Shown here piece by piece: positions 1 to 9,290 of a stretch of DNA of 34,662 nt. The stretch lies in NCBI GenBank assembly GCA_048940925.1, contig JBHLOC010000049.1, forward strand, positions 1 through 34,662, given 5' to 3'. Numbering within the stretch: position 1 is the first letter of the stretch; each line of letters begins with the position of its first letter. This DNA is from Promethearchaeota archaeon. Lineage in GTDB: Archaea > Asgardarchaeota > Lokiarchaeia > Sigyniarchaeales > SOKP01. A program made the translations under genes and the position numbers. The notes beneath the pieces were generated by a model. The model was not told the DNA's origin. It saw only the letters and a program-made list of their open reading frames with translations, and searched no databases.

Positions 1-229
1 CATGAGATCCGTATAATCCTACTAATCGAGCTAAACCTTTATGGGTAATCTCTCTCAATTCTTATCCTTTTCCTCTACTTTTTTAAATAACTTAACTCAT
101 AATATTGTCATGATAAGACTATCTAATATTTTTATTTTTTGAATTTCAGCTTACCTAAAATATTCAATCGAGATTTCTCGAATAGCTATAAATTTAAATA
201 TGAGGGAATAAAAGATATTAAGTGGTAAA

Positions 230-937
230 ATGACAAAAAAGAAATTCTTATTAATTTCAACTCTAATTATAACTTCGTTTATTTTGATAATAAGATCTAA
301 CAGTTTTAATCGAAATACTATCATTCAAAATGAAGTTATTTAGCTTCGCCCCTCTTATGAATCATCATTAAGTTATGGGGAGTATGCCTATTTCAGAACC
401 AAAGCTGATAAGGGGGATAAATTTCATTGGGAGTTTTCGGGAACAAATAGCTATGTTGGAATTACAGTGTATGTAATGACAGCTAGTGAATTCTACAAAT
501 TTCAAAATTTACAAACCTTTTATGCTTATAAGCTTTCGGATGGTTCATATCATAGAGATTCGGGTATATTTAAAATCACCTCATATGATACATGGTATCT
601 TGTATTTCTTAATGCCGATTCAGATATGCAAACAACATATTTAATATACAACTTTGAGGTTGAACGTGCTGTTGATTTTACCCCAATTATAGTAACTATA
701 GCAATAATAGCAGTATGTTTAATAATTAGTATACTTATAGTAGTTGCATATAGGAGAAAGAAGAAAAGAGAGGAACAACCAGTGTACGTACCAATACAAC
801 CTCATTTGTCTCGTAAACCAGTAACTACCACCAAGTCACAAAAGAATAATACCATAAAATTCTGTACTCAATGTGGTACTCCTCAACCGATGGATGCAAT
901 TTATTGTGTAAAGTGTGGGAACAGACTTGTTAGTTAG
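230..937 (+). pseudogene. Signal-peptide / single-TM / C-terminal zinc-ribbon membrane protein interrupted by an in-frame TAG at 341-343
   Basis: ATG at 230 is in frame with ORF 467..937. It reads MTKKKFLLISTLIITSFILII...NEVI*LRPSYESSLSYGEYAYF...GITVYVM, then a TM helix (IIVTIAIIAVCLIISILIVV), RRKKKR and CTQCG...CVKCG. Confidence 0.7.
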
Positions 938-1029
938 TATTATAAAACAAAGATTTCCTGTAATATTATAATTTATTTAAAATAAATTATACAAGTTCAG
1001 TGGAGTATATCCCCATATGCTCTATGACT
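454..1029 (+). repeat. ~576-bp duplication, copy A (copy B 8585-9160; partial copy C 6062-6220)
   Basis: Aligned by eye. Offset is 8131 at both ends to copy B and 5195 to copy C. Confidence 0.95.
967..991. repeat. Perfect 12-1-12 palindrome TATAATTTATTT-A-AAATAAATTATA (identical at 6162-6186 and 9098-9122)
   Basis: Reverse complement checked. Lies ~30 bp after the zinc-ribbon gene stop codon. Confidence 0.85.
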
Positions 1030-1155
1030 TTTTATTATGTTCATTGTTATTATTCCCGCAGTATGTAAGAATATTTTATAACTCTATAATTGACTTCAGA
1101 TTTTTAACTTATTAATGATGGTTGTTAATCATCTAAAAAGTATGAAAAAAATGCA

Positions 1156-2214
1156 TTATTTTAATTTTTTCTTTAATTTACAGACTGTTATAAGCCCCCC
1201 CAAAGGTATAAAAAGTGATATCAGCATGATTGAATAACCTGGTATAACACCATTCTTCAATTTGGCAGGTTTATATTCAATCTCAATTTGCTTCTGTGTA
1301 ATACCATACATATTTTTCACCTCTACGTTTATTGTGTAATTACCTGCTTTATTATCACTTAAATTCCAATTAATTAATTCTAAAGGTTCTATCCATTCAG
1401 TCCAATCTGTTCCATTTAAGATCCGGAATAAATAGTCATCATCAATTTCGCCATCATTATTATTATCAGCATCAAGAATAGATATGTTTAACTTGATATT
1501 TGTTGAATTAACCACCAAAGTTCCTTGATCAACGTAAATTTCAAAATCTGGTGGTAATTGTGAAGGTTCGGATATCAGTGACATATTGGCGGGAGGATAC
1601 GTAACTAAGTGCACTTCAAGGTTTTTTAATATCCCATCGGAGGTATAATTTTCAAGGAAATATGCTTTATTATAAGTCTCGTTCCAATAAGCAATCGAAT
1701 ATTCATTTGGGTAGGTAGCATTATGCTCAAATGAAATACCATAATAAGACCATACTGGTTTAAAAGATTGAGTTGAATATTGTAAAACTTCTTCTGATAC
1801 TAACCCATTTTCATCAATTGGAATAAATAAGGGAGTTACAGCAAAATAACCCATTGATTCACTCCACAAAGCAATATTATTGTTTTCTATCTTTAAATAC
1901 TCTTCCCCTGATGATAAATTTCCTATATATAAATTACCAAAAATACCTACTGTATCACCTGTTACATTCCCCTTTACTACTTCTATAATTGTATAATTTT
2001 CATTAGGATATCCTCCACCTGTAATATTATAAAAATACTGCTCAGAGGGATATACAGAAAAATTTTGAATTCTTTCTGTATTTGCTCCCTCATATGTCCA
2101 TTCGTGACCTACAGTTGTTTTAGGAATAAATGTTATCAATAAGAAAAAAACTAATAAAAATCCAATTAGAGAATATTCAATATGTCTCTTCATATCCCAT
2201 AAATAATAATACAT
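1156..2214 (-). CDS. Exported cell-surface glycoprotein with Loki-CTERM-like C-terminal sorting signal
   Basis: N-terminal hydrophobic signal, many N-x-S/T sequons, acidic DADNNNDGEIDDD loop, Ig-like C-terminal strands, tail IPGY + TM + KLKKKLK. Confidence 0.75.
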   Translation of the reverse strand: MYYYLWDMKRHIEYSLIGFLLVFFLLITFIPKTTVGHEWTYEGANTERIQNFSVYPSEQYFYNITGGGYPNENYTIIEVVKGNVTGDTVGIFGNLYIGNLSSGEEYLKIENNNIALWSESMGYFAVTPLFIPIDENGLVSEEVLQYSTQSFKPVWSYYGISFEHNATYPNEYSIAYWNETYNKAYFLENYTSDGILKNLEVHLVTYPPANMSLISEPSQLPPDFEIYVDQGTLVVNSTNIKLNISILDADNNNDGEIDDDYLFRILNGTDWTEWIEPLELINWNLSDNKAGNYTINVEVKNMYGITQKQIEIEYKPAKLKNGVIPGYSIMLISLFIPLGGLITVCKLKKKLK

Positions 2215-2330
2215 TTTTTTAAATCTATTTCATACGTTAGATAAATAGTCAGTAAGACCTTATGTGTTAAAAAAAACTTTATGTTAAAAGAAAAGATGTT
2301 AACGAGAGGTCCTATTAAATTCTTAATTAC

Positions 2331-3227
2331 TTACATAACTTCTTTTTTCTTTCGTTCTTTTCTTCTCACTAATACAATTATTATAATGCCAGAAACAATT
2401 AAAAAAATAGGAAAGAAATAAGCGAGAATTGGAACTATAAAATCGATAAATTTTTCAAGTGGGGAAGGTTTTCTATAATATCTTATACCAAACCTAAGTT
2501 CCTGAGTTTTAATATTATTCCATTCACAAATAAAAGATTTTCCACCTTGAATATCTATACGTTGGCAAAAAACATTTTCAGGAACCCCATATGTGTATAC
2601 TGGTTGTTCTCCAAACACCTTTAGTTCAATTCTTCCTGTAGTATTTCCAATCCAGTCCAAAGATATTCCTGTAAAATATGCAATAAAGAAAGAATTCCGA
2701 TGATTTAAGGTGTTGATTATTGAACCACTGAACTGATATCTGATTACTGAAGAGCTTTTTTTAAGAAATGTCACATTGGTTCTGATGAAATTAACTGGAT
2801 AAGTATCGATATATTTAATATTTCTATCTATATTTGTATTATTTTCATCCCAAGACGGTATAGTGAATAAATCATATGGGATTTTAGTATTATTTAAATA
2901 TATTTCATACATAAATTTGCTCGTATTTGGAGCTAAAGAAAAGTGAAATATAAATGTCTGAGTAGTGGTGTTCTCCGGATTATAAATTGTGTAATTTGCA
3001 TCAAATTGTATGCCAAGTTCTTTTGAGAAATTTAGTGCATCAAAAGTAATAATCGTATTGGTGTGAATAAGCTGCAAAGTAAAAGAGTAATTTGGAAATA
3101 ATTCACCAATAAATTGATCTGGTGGAAGTAGAGGAGGAGCTGCATCCACATTTGGAGTAAGAAATGAACAATTTAGAATTAATAACAATGTTATTATAAA
3201 TGCATAGCTTTGTCTTTTTATCTTCAA
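2331..3227 (-). CDS. Hypothetical exported protein with C-terminal membrane anchor
   Basis: Signal peptide, C-terminal TM followed by RRKERKKK; TTG start. Confidence 0.75.
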   Translation of the reverse strand: MKIKRQSYAFIITLLLILNCSFLTPNVDAAPPLLPPDQFIGELFPNYSFTLQLIHTNTIITFDALNFSKELGIQFDANYTIYNPENTTTQTFIFHFSLAPNTSKFMYEIYLNNTKIPYDLFTIPSWDENNTNIDRNIKYIDTYPVNFIRTNVTFLKKSSSVIRYQFSGSIINTLNHRNSFFIAYFTGISLDWIGNTTGRIELKVFGEQPVYTYGVPENVFCQRIDIQGGKSFICEWNNIKTQELRFGIRYYRKPSPLEKFIDFIVPILAYFFPIFLIVSGIIIIVLVRRKERKKKEVM

Positions 3228-3258
3228 AATCTTACCCTATTTATTCATTTTAATATAA
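3214..3258. repeat. 45-bp direct repeat (second copy 5086-5130) covering the start and upstream region of gene 2331..3227
   Basis: ctttttatcttcaaaatcttaccc[t/a]atttattcattttaatataa, one mismatch. Confidence 0.9.
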
Positions 3259-3446
3259 TCCGAATGTTATATTTAAATTTATCCTTGAAAGGTGCTTACT
3301 TATTTGAATTTGAAAAAATATAATTCAAAAATAAATGATGTACAATTTCTACCAATTATTTTCGATTTAAACTTTATCAACTATTAAGCTTCACAAAGAC
3401 CAAGAAGATAAAAATAAGAAGGAAAGTTCTTACGCTAAAATGACAC

Positions 3447-3498
3447 ATAAAAATCTTATAGTTAACCTTAATAACGAAAAGAAGAAGTTATTATTTTG
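3447..3498. repeat. 52-bp direct repeat (second copy 13211-13262) with internal 7-11-7 inverted repeat
   Basis: ataaaaatcttatag[t/a]taaccttaataacgaaaagaagaagttattattttg, one mismatch; contains TAATAAC-N11-GTTATTA. Confidence 0.9.
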
Positions 3499-3505
3499 CA
3501 AAATT

Positions 3506-3823
3506 TTAGAAGTGGCTATCGTTAAAAATTTGGCTTGAACGAACGAGTAGAGCTAAAATTCTAGGACTTTTTATATAAACTATTTGTAAAAGTTCTTTTA
3601 CTCTATTAATTTCATCAAGAATAAGGGAATAGGAATCAGAGACGTAAGCATATACCCTAAACATCGAGTCTTTTAAACCTTGAGGTGAAAGATTTTTCAA
3701 GAGTATAAAACTACTCTCATTGGAATGCAGTTGTACTTCATCAAATACTCCAATAATGTTGAGTTCATGATCAATGCCAGGTTCAGTAAAAAAATCCTCA
3801 AAATTAATTTCATTTGCTTCCAT
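3506..3823 (-). CDS. Hypothetical protein
   Basis: 105-aa ORF with ATG start and plausible composition; no recognisable motif. Confidence 0.55.
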   Translation of the reverse strand: MEANEINFEDFFTEPGIDHELNIIGVFDEVQLHSNESSFILLKNLSPQGLKDSMFRVYAYVSDSYSLILDEINRVKELLQIVYIKSPRILALLVRSSQIFNDSHF

Positions 3824-3947
3824 AGTAACTTAATCTTTGCTTCTTTTTATTTAAAGAAAAAGAGTTAGATTATTACAAAAAAATAAATATTTATATTGAC
3901 AAAAGTATAAAACAAGATCAAAATAAGTTTTTGAGAAAATCTATAAA

Positions 3948-5066
3948 ATGAATAAAAAATTAAAAAATATTTCAAAATTTTTAGGGATAGGATTAATTGT
4001 AATTGCTTTATTTTTTGGTTTCGCTTTTTTTATAGCATCAAGTTTCAAAGTTAAAAAGGATGTTTCTGAAGATGATGAAGGTTGGGATATTGCTTTAGAT
4101 AATTCAGGAAATATTTATGTCACAGGTTTTTCAGATAATCAGTTAATTTTATTTAAATTCAACTCATCAGGAGATCTACTCTGGAATAAAACGTGGGATA
4201 AAGGTAGTAATGGATACGGTATTGAAGTATGTAATTCAGGAAGTATATATATTGTAGGTCAGTCTGGCAGAGATCTAGTAATACTTAAGTATAATTCAAC
4301 AGGTAAACTATTATGGAATAAAACAAGGAGTATTTCCAGTTATGATTTAGGATATGGAGTTACCTCAGATAGTTCTGAAAATATATATATTACTGGAAGG
4401 ATAGATGAGGAAAACCAGTATTGTTGTGATATTATGATATTAAAATTCAATTCTTCAGGCGATTTTGAATGGCAATCGTCATGGGGTGGATCAGATATTG
4501 AAGTTGGAAATGATATTGTATTGGATAGTTTGGGAAATGTGTTTGTCACTGGTAAAGGAGGTGATGGTGGTATACTATTGAATTATAATTCTTTAGGAGA
4601 TTTACAATGGACAGAAACTTGGGGCACTTCTGGTTGGGATGAGGGAAATGGAATAGCATCAGATGATTCGGATAATATATATATTACGGGATCTTTGGAA
4701 GGGGATGTTTTACTTCTCAAATATGATTCATCCCAAAAAATGATCTGGAAAGAAACTTGGGGAGATTCTAAACGTGAAGTAGGAAATGGATTATATTTGG
4801 ATAATATGCATAATACATATATTGTTGGTTACTCTTCGGACGACCTACTACTTCTAAAATTCAATTCTTCAGGAGATTTCATGTGGAATAAAACTTGGAA
4901 TAACAATAATTTTCATTCAATTATAGGTAATGGAATTGTTGTTGATTTTTCAGGAAATATTTTTGTAATTGGGACTTCACGTTCCTCTCAAACTGGTGCG
5001 GATATCATTTTCCTCAAATTTAATTCCACTGGAGATTGTGAATGGTTTAAAACGTGGGGGAATTAA
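3948..5066 (+). CDS. Membrane-anchored SBBP-repeat beta-propeller protein
   Basis: N-terminal TM and about 7 repeats of G..I..D.S.NIY(V/I)TG...L.K(F/Y)NSSG...W..TWG. Confidence 0.9.
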   Translation: MNKKLKNISKFLGIGLIVIALFFGFAFFIASSFKVKKDVSEDDEGWDIALDNSGNIYVTGFSDNQLILFKFNSSGDLLWNKTWDKGSNGYGIEVCNSGSIYIVGQSGRDLVILKYNSTGKLLWNKTRSISSYDLGYGVTSDSSENIYITGRIDEENQYCCDIMILKFNSSGDFEWQSSWGGSDIEVGNDIVLDSLGNVFVTGKGGDGGILLNYNSLGDLQWTETWGTSGWDEGNGIASDDSDNIYITGSLEGDVLLLKYDSSQKMIWKETWGDSKREVGNGLYLDNMHNTYIVGYSSDDLLLLKFNSSGDFMWNKTWNNNNFHSIIGNGIVVDFSGNIFVIGTSRSSQTGADIIFLKFNSTGDCEWFKTWGN

Positions 5067-5085
5067 GATGAAATCTTTATTAAAC

Positions 5086-5130
5086 CTTTTTATCTTCAAA
5101 ATCTTACCCAATTTATTCATTTTAATATAA
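5086..5130. repeat. Second copy of the 45-bp repeat (orphan gene start)
   Basis: Matches 3214-3258. Confidence 0.9.
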
Positions 5131-5203
5131 CCAGATCAATATATCATAATTCTTTTGCAAAGAAAATCTAAGTCCTCTTAAAAAATAATTAAAAGGCTTA
5201 ATG

Positions 5204-5626
5204 TTAAAGAGAAACTCTCTTTTGTTTTTTCAACTTTTCCTCCCAATTTATAATTGATCTATTCAAAGTCTCTAAACCAACCCATAGTGTTGGATCGTTC
5301 CATTTACTTCTCATTTGGGAAATTAATAATTTTGATTTTTCCCAGAAAGATTTTACATCATCTGGGCAGAATTCAATAATAAGTTTTTTAGTAATATATT
5401 TTCTCTCAATAAATATACCGAGTAGGTCAAAAAGATTGGCAAGACGGTTAAAATATTTTCTCCCTTCGCTACCTAAAGGATATCGATTGTTATAATCTTG
5501 CAAATCAACTACTTGGAAATCTTTATAGAACCAAGTAAATGCATCAACCATAGGATCAGAAGAATAAAGCGCATAAATCCTCAATAATAATTCAGCTTCT
5601 TTGAATTTTTTACCAGTCATTAACAC
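5204..5626 (-). CDS. Small helical protein, DUF4760-like
   Basis: Pattern AELLLRIY...WF...GSEG..YF..L.NLFDLLG..I....I resembles DUF4760 proteins from memory; not verified by search. Confidence 0.55.
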   Translation of the reverse strand: MLMTGKKFKEAELLLRIYALYSSDPMVDAFTWFYKDFQVVDLQDYNNRYPLGSEGRKYFNRLANLFDLLGIFIERKYITKKLIIEFCPDDVKSFWEKSKLLISQMRSKWNDPTLWVGLETLNRSIINWEEKLKKQKRVSL

Positions 5627-5846
5627 CAGATTCTTTTATCAAGATTATATATTAAAACCGATCCATCTTGTTTCTTAATAATTGTAATTCTATAATGCTT
5701 TTTTTTTTAAATATTATATTCATAAAATTTTATATTTTCAAGAACCGATTCCATAATAAATTTAAAAAAACCATTTAATTTGGTTTTCTTTTGCCTCGCT
5801 ATGTCTATTTCTATTTATTCCTGGTGTAATTCTATAGGGATTTTTC

Positions 5847-5996
5847 CTATGCCATTACGATACCTACTAAAGGAATGTAAACAAACATAGTTTGGAGATT
5901 AGAATTAAAACATAAGAACTGCTCAATTATCAAACCTTCAGCTACAAGATTTCCATAAATATATTCATAACAGAGACTCATTTTAACTAAAAAGAT
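5847..5996 (-). pseudogene. C-terminal fragment paralogous to gene 13779..14528
   Basis: Translates IFLVKMSLCYEYIYGNLVAEGLIIEQFLCFNSNLQTMFVYIPLVGIVMA*, versus IILVKMNLEYNYYYNLGESESLIFTQFLAFNSNFHTMFVYIPLTSLMVQ* in the intact gene. Confidence 0.85.
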
Positions 5997-6017
5997 ATAC
6001 CGAGTAGGTCAAAAAGA
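5995..6017. repeat. 23-bp exact copy of 5413-5435 (internal to gene 5204..5626)
   Basis: atataccgagtaggtcaaaaaga at both sites. Confidence 0.85.
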
Positions 6018-6061
6018 ATTTTTAAATGGAATCTATGAACTTTTAAATAAGTAAATTTACG

Positions 6062-6220
6062 CTCAATGTGGTACTCCTCAGCTGACGGATGCTAATTCTT
6101 ATGTAAAGTGCGGGAACATACTTGTTAGTTAGTATTATAAAACATATATTTCCTGTAATATTATAATTTATTTAAAATAAATTATACAAGTTCAGTGAAG
6201 TATATCCCCATATGCTCTAT
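6062..6220 (+). repeat. Copy C: degraded zinc-ribbon 3' end plus downstream palindrome
   Basis: Matches 867-1025 and 8998-9156. Confidence 0.9.
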
Positions 6221-6225
6221 TTCTC

Positions 6226-6420
6226 CGAGATTTTTCAGCCGGAAAGATTTCTATAACATTAAAGAGATTTATGAGAATAGGTTTTATTGAAAAGGAAAAA
6301 TCCTATAAAAATCGATATATTTATGAAATGCCCGAAATTGGTCAACGTTTTAGAGATTTCCTTTTGGAGTATAACAAAAAATGGTTAACTAGGAAAGATA
6401 TATTAAAGAGATTCGCATGA
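6226..6420 (+). pseudogene. 5'-truncated winged-helix (MarR/GbsR-like) regulator remnant
   Basis: Translates RDFSAGKISITLKRFMRIGFIEKEKSYKNRYIYEMPEIGQRF...RFA*. This fits a recognition helix plus wing; there is an in-frame stop upstream at 6196-6198. Confidence 0.55.
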
Positions 6421-6460
6421 ATAAAAAACAGAGCAGAAAGAATCTTCTTTTTACTTTAAA

Positions 6461-6545
6461 TTATGTTCTTTTCTATTATTCCCGCAGTATGTAAGGATAT
6501 TTTATAACTCTATAATTGACTTCAGATTTTTAAATTCGTAATGAT
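6461..6545. repeat. ~85-bp copy of 1035-1119
   Basis: tattattcccgcagtatgtaag.atattttataactctataattgacttcagatttttaa is shared; offset 5426. Confidence 0.9.
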
Positions 6546-7018
6546 TGTAGCTATTAAATTCTCAATTGGCAGGAATCACCTTTTAATTTTTGATTGTATG
6601 TAAGAATAAAATTATTCTAAACTCTATTCCATTATTTTTTTATTTTCTTCAATTTCAAGAGCTTATTTTAAATTATTAGTAATAAAATCTCTCTAAAAAA
6701 AAAAATTTAATTTTTCAACACGATCCAAATAACCTCCCCTGAATATTGTAAATGAACTGAGATAGTAGATTCAGGAAAAGAACCCCAATTCCTTAATAAT
6801 TCGATAATTTTTTCAGAAACTATGTTGAAATCTTCTATATTGTTAATTTAAATTTCCCTGAGACGATATATAATAACCCTCCTTATGAATCTTCACCAGA
6901 GTTGCAATCAATAGCAAAAGCACTATTGAATATGAGTAAAAATAATTTTGAAATATTTAAGTTTCGAATGGAGGAAAAATTCATTAAATTATACCAAAAT
7001 ACGCTCCAAGATCTCAAA

Positions 7019-8062
7019 TTAAAATAAATCATAATTATTTAAAATATCCTTCATAATCTGATATTCTATTGGATGGGTTTCTTCTTTAATATTAATCCGG
7101 AGATCTAAATTTTCTAAGTCAATAAAAGTAATCCAATTGAGGGAGGAGAGTAATTTTAGAGTTTTTTTGATGAAAAATGATCTTTTCTTTACGGTACCTT
7201 TATATTCAATATTTTCCAACGCTGAAAGATATTTTGAAATAATTTTCTTCCCAGTCTCATAATCTTTGAAACTTACAAAGCAATTATTGATTTTTGAAAG
7301 AGCGATCCACAAGTGAGTATTTTGATCCAGCAATATTTGATTAATTGAAATAAATTTAGTTATATTGTGATCACTTAATGCTTTCCTCTTTTTCTTCATA
7401 AATTTTTCATTTTTGAGTAATGGGGTTACTTTAAACTCGAATCTTGAATATTTATCTTCATAATAATAATTAATTAGTTCTAAACCAAAGTATCCCATTA
7501 ACCCTGCAATTCCTTTGCTGTAAACATAATGAATGTTACTAAAAAATCCTCTGTATTCTATAATGATATTATTATGTTGTAAATAAGAATCAAATCTTTC
7601 CGTTAATTTATTTCTTAATAAAAATCTTTCAATAAGTTTTAAAATATGTATCACTTCTTCATTAGAGAAATCTTCAATTTTTAAAATTCCTAATACAAAA
7701 TTCCTGTAGATCGCATATGTGTTTAACGATAACGTGCTTATGGGTCGATATTTATCAAATTCAATAGATTCTTCATATTGATAAGGATTAACACCAACAA
7801 GTAATTCATTAAAAAAATCACTGACTTCCTTCTTGGGAGTTTTTATGATTGTTTTAAGTTCATCTAATCCATTTCCTATACTAAAAAACTTAACACATAT
7901 TTCCAAAATACTATTAATCAAAACTGATATATTTTTAAATCGTTTATCTCCTGTCTTTCTTAACATAGATCTTTGATATCTTTCAATGTAATTTTTTATA
8001 GATTTAGAAATTGAGACTGATAATGTTGTTTTTTTATTTCCTAAATAGTTCTTATATTTCAT
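7019..8062 (-). CDS. Hypothetical cytoplasmic protein, possible N-terminal ribbon-helix-helix DNA-binding domain
   Basis: 347-aa ORF. KKTTLSVSISKSIKNYIERY...NISVLINSIL fits an RHH strand-helix-helix pattern. Confidence 0.6.
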   Translation of the reverse strand: MKYKNYLGNKKTTLSVSISKSIKNYIERYQRSMLRKTGDKRFKNISVLINSILEICVKFFSIGNGLDELKTIIKTPKKEVSDFFNELLVGVNPYQYEESIEFDKYRPISTLSLNTYAIYRNFVLGILKIEDFSNEEVIHILKLIERFLLRNKLTERFDSYLQHNNIIIEYRGFFSNIHYVYSKGIAGLMGYFGLELINYYYEDKYSRFEFKVTPLLKNEKFMKKKRKALSDHNITKFISINQILLDQNTHLWIALSKINNCFVSFKDYETGKKIISKYLSALENIEYKGTVKKRSFFIKKTLKLLSSLNWITFIDLENLDLRINIKEETHPIEYQIMKDILNNYDLF

Positions 8063-8584
8063 AATTTTAGAAAAATTATAAAAAATTCTATTTATTAAAT
8101 TAAAAGAGTAATTAAAATATAATAAATTTCCTTTTATTTTAATTTTTCTAATAAGTGTTTTAAATTTTCAAGAAAGTAGGTTAAAATACTAAAGTTATTA
8201 CTTGAATTGACCTATGAATTAAAGTAGAAATTATTTAAAAAAATACAAAATTGTTTAAATTTGATCTCTTATAGTTCTTTTTTCAATCTATTTCTTTTAG
8301 AGATTTTTTTATTTTCAAAAATTGATTATAAGGAAGAAATAGGATAAAACCTATATTATCAAGTATCGAAAAAATTTTAAAGGTGACTCCTGCCAAACGC
8401 GACGCAATAACGCGTCAAAAAAATACAATAGGAGGAGGAGGGCGAAATCAGAGTGTAAAAATTTACACTACCAAAAGACAAAAATCCAGGGTGTTAGGCA
8501 GGAGTCTTTTTTTAGGGTTTGTTGTGATATCATGTTTATCCTATATTATGATATTACTTGGGGATGTATAAATAAAAATATTTG

Positions 8585-9068
8585 TGTTGGAATTACGACG
8601 TATACAATAACAGCTAGCGAATACTACAAATTTCAAAATTCTCAAACCTTTTATGCTTATAAGCATTTCAGATAGTTCATATTATAGAGATTCGGGTATA
8701 TTTAAAGTCACCTCATATGATAAATGGTATCTTGTATTTCTTAATGTCGATTCGGATATGCAAACAACATATTTAACATACAACTTTGAGGCTGATCGTG
8801 CTGTTGATTTTACCCCAATTATGGTAATTATAGCAATAATAGCAGTATGTTTAATAATTAGTATACTTTTAGGAATTGTATATAGAAAAAGAAGAAAGGA
8901 GAGGAACAACCAGTGTACGTACCAATACAATCTCATTTATCTCATAAACCAGTAATTACCACCAAGCCACGAACAAATAATACCACAAAATTCTGTGCTC
9001 AATGTGATACTTACCAGCCGATGGATGCAATTTATTGTGTAAAGTGCGGGAACAGACTTGTTAGTTAG
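8585..9068 (+). pseudogene. Frameshifted, 5'-truncated duplicate of the zinc-ribbon membrane gene (copy B; repeat extends to 9160)
   Basis: +1 insertion near 8665 and -1 deletion near 8885-8900 relative to copy A. ORF 8653..8955 is only the middle frame. Confidence 0.85.
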
Positions 9069-9290
9069 TATTATAAAACAAAGATTTCCTGTAATATTAT
9101 AATTTATTTAAAATAAATTATACAAGTTCAGTGGAGTATATCCCCATATGCTCTATGACTCCGAGATTTTTCAGCCAGAAAAACTTATAGGTATATTTAG
9201 AATATTTATATCTATCCCAAACTTGAACTAAAATTATATTAAGTTCAATGCTTTTCAAGATTGTAATTTCAGCGAGTTTGTATGGATTTT

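Noticed and set aside
1-58. Possible TTG start of a minus-strand gene running off the window edge
   Set aside because: Only 19 codons are visible; cannot be verified.
6705-6890. Possible minus-strand gene remnant with an internal stop (..INNIEDFNIVSEKIIELLRNWGSFPES..)
   Set aside because: No start codon and no recognisable family; too weak to annotate.
8383-8571. 62-aa ORF upstream of copy B
   Set aside because: Short, GTG start, no homology to copy A's 5' region and no motif; cannot be supported.
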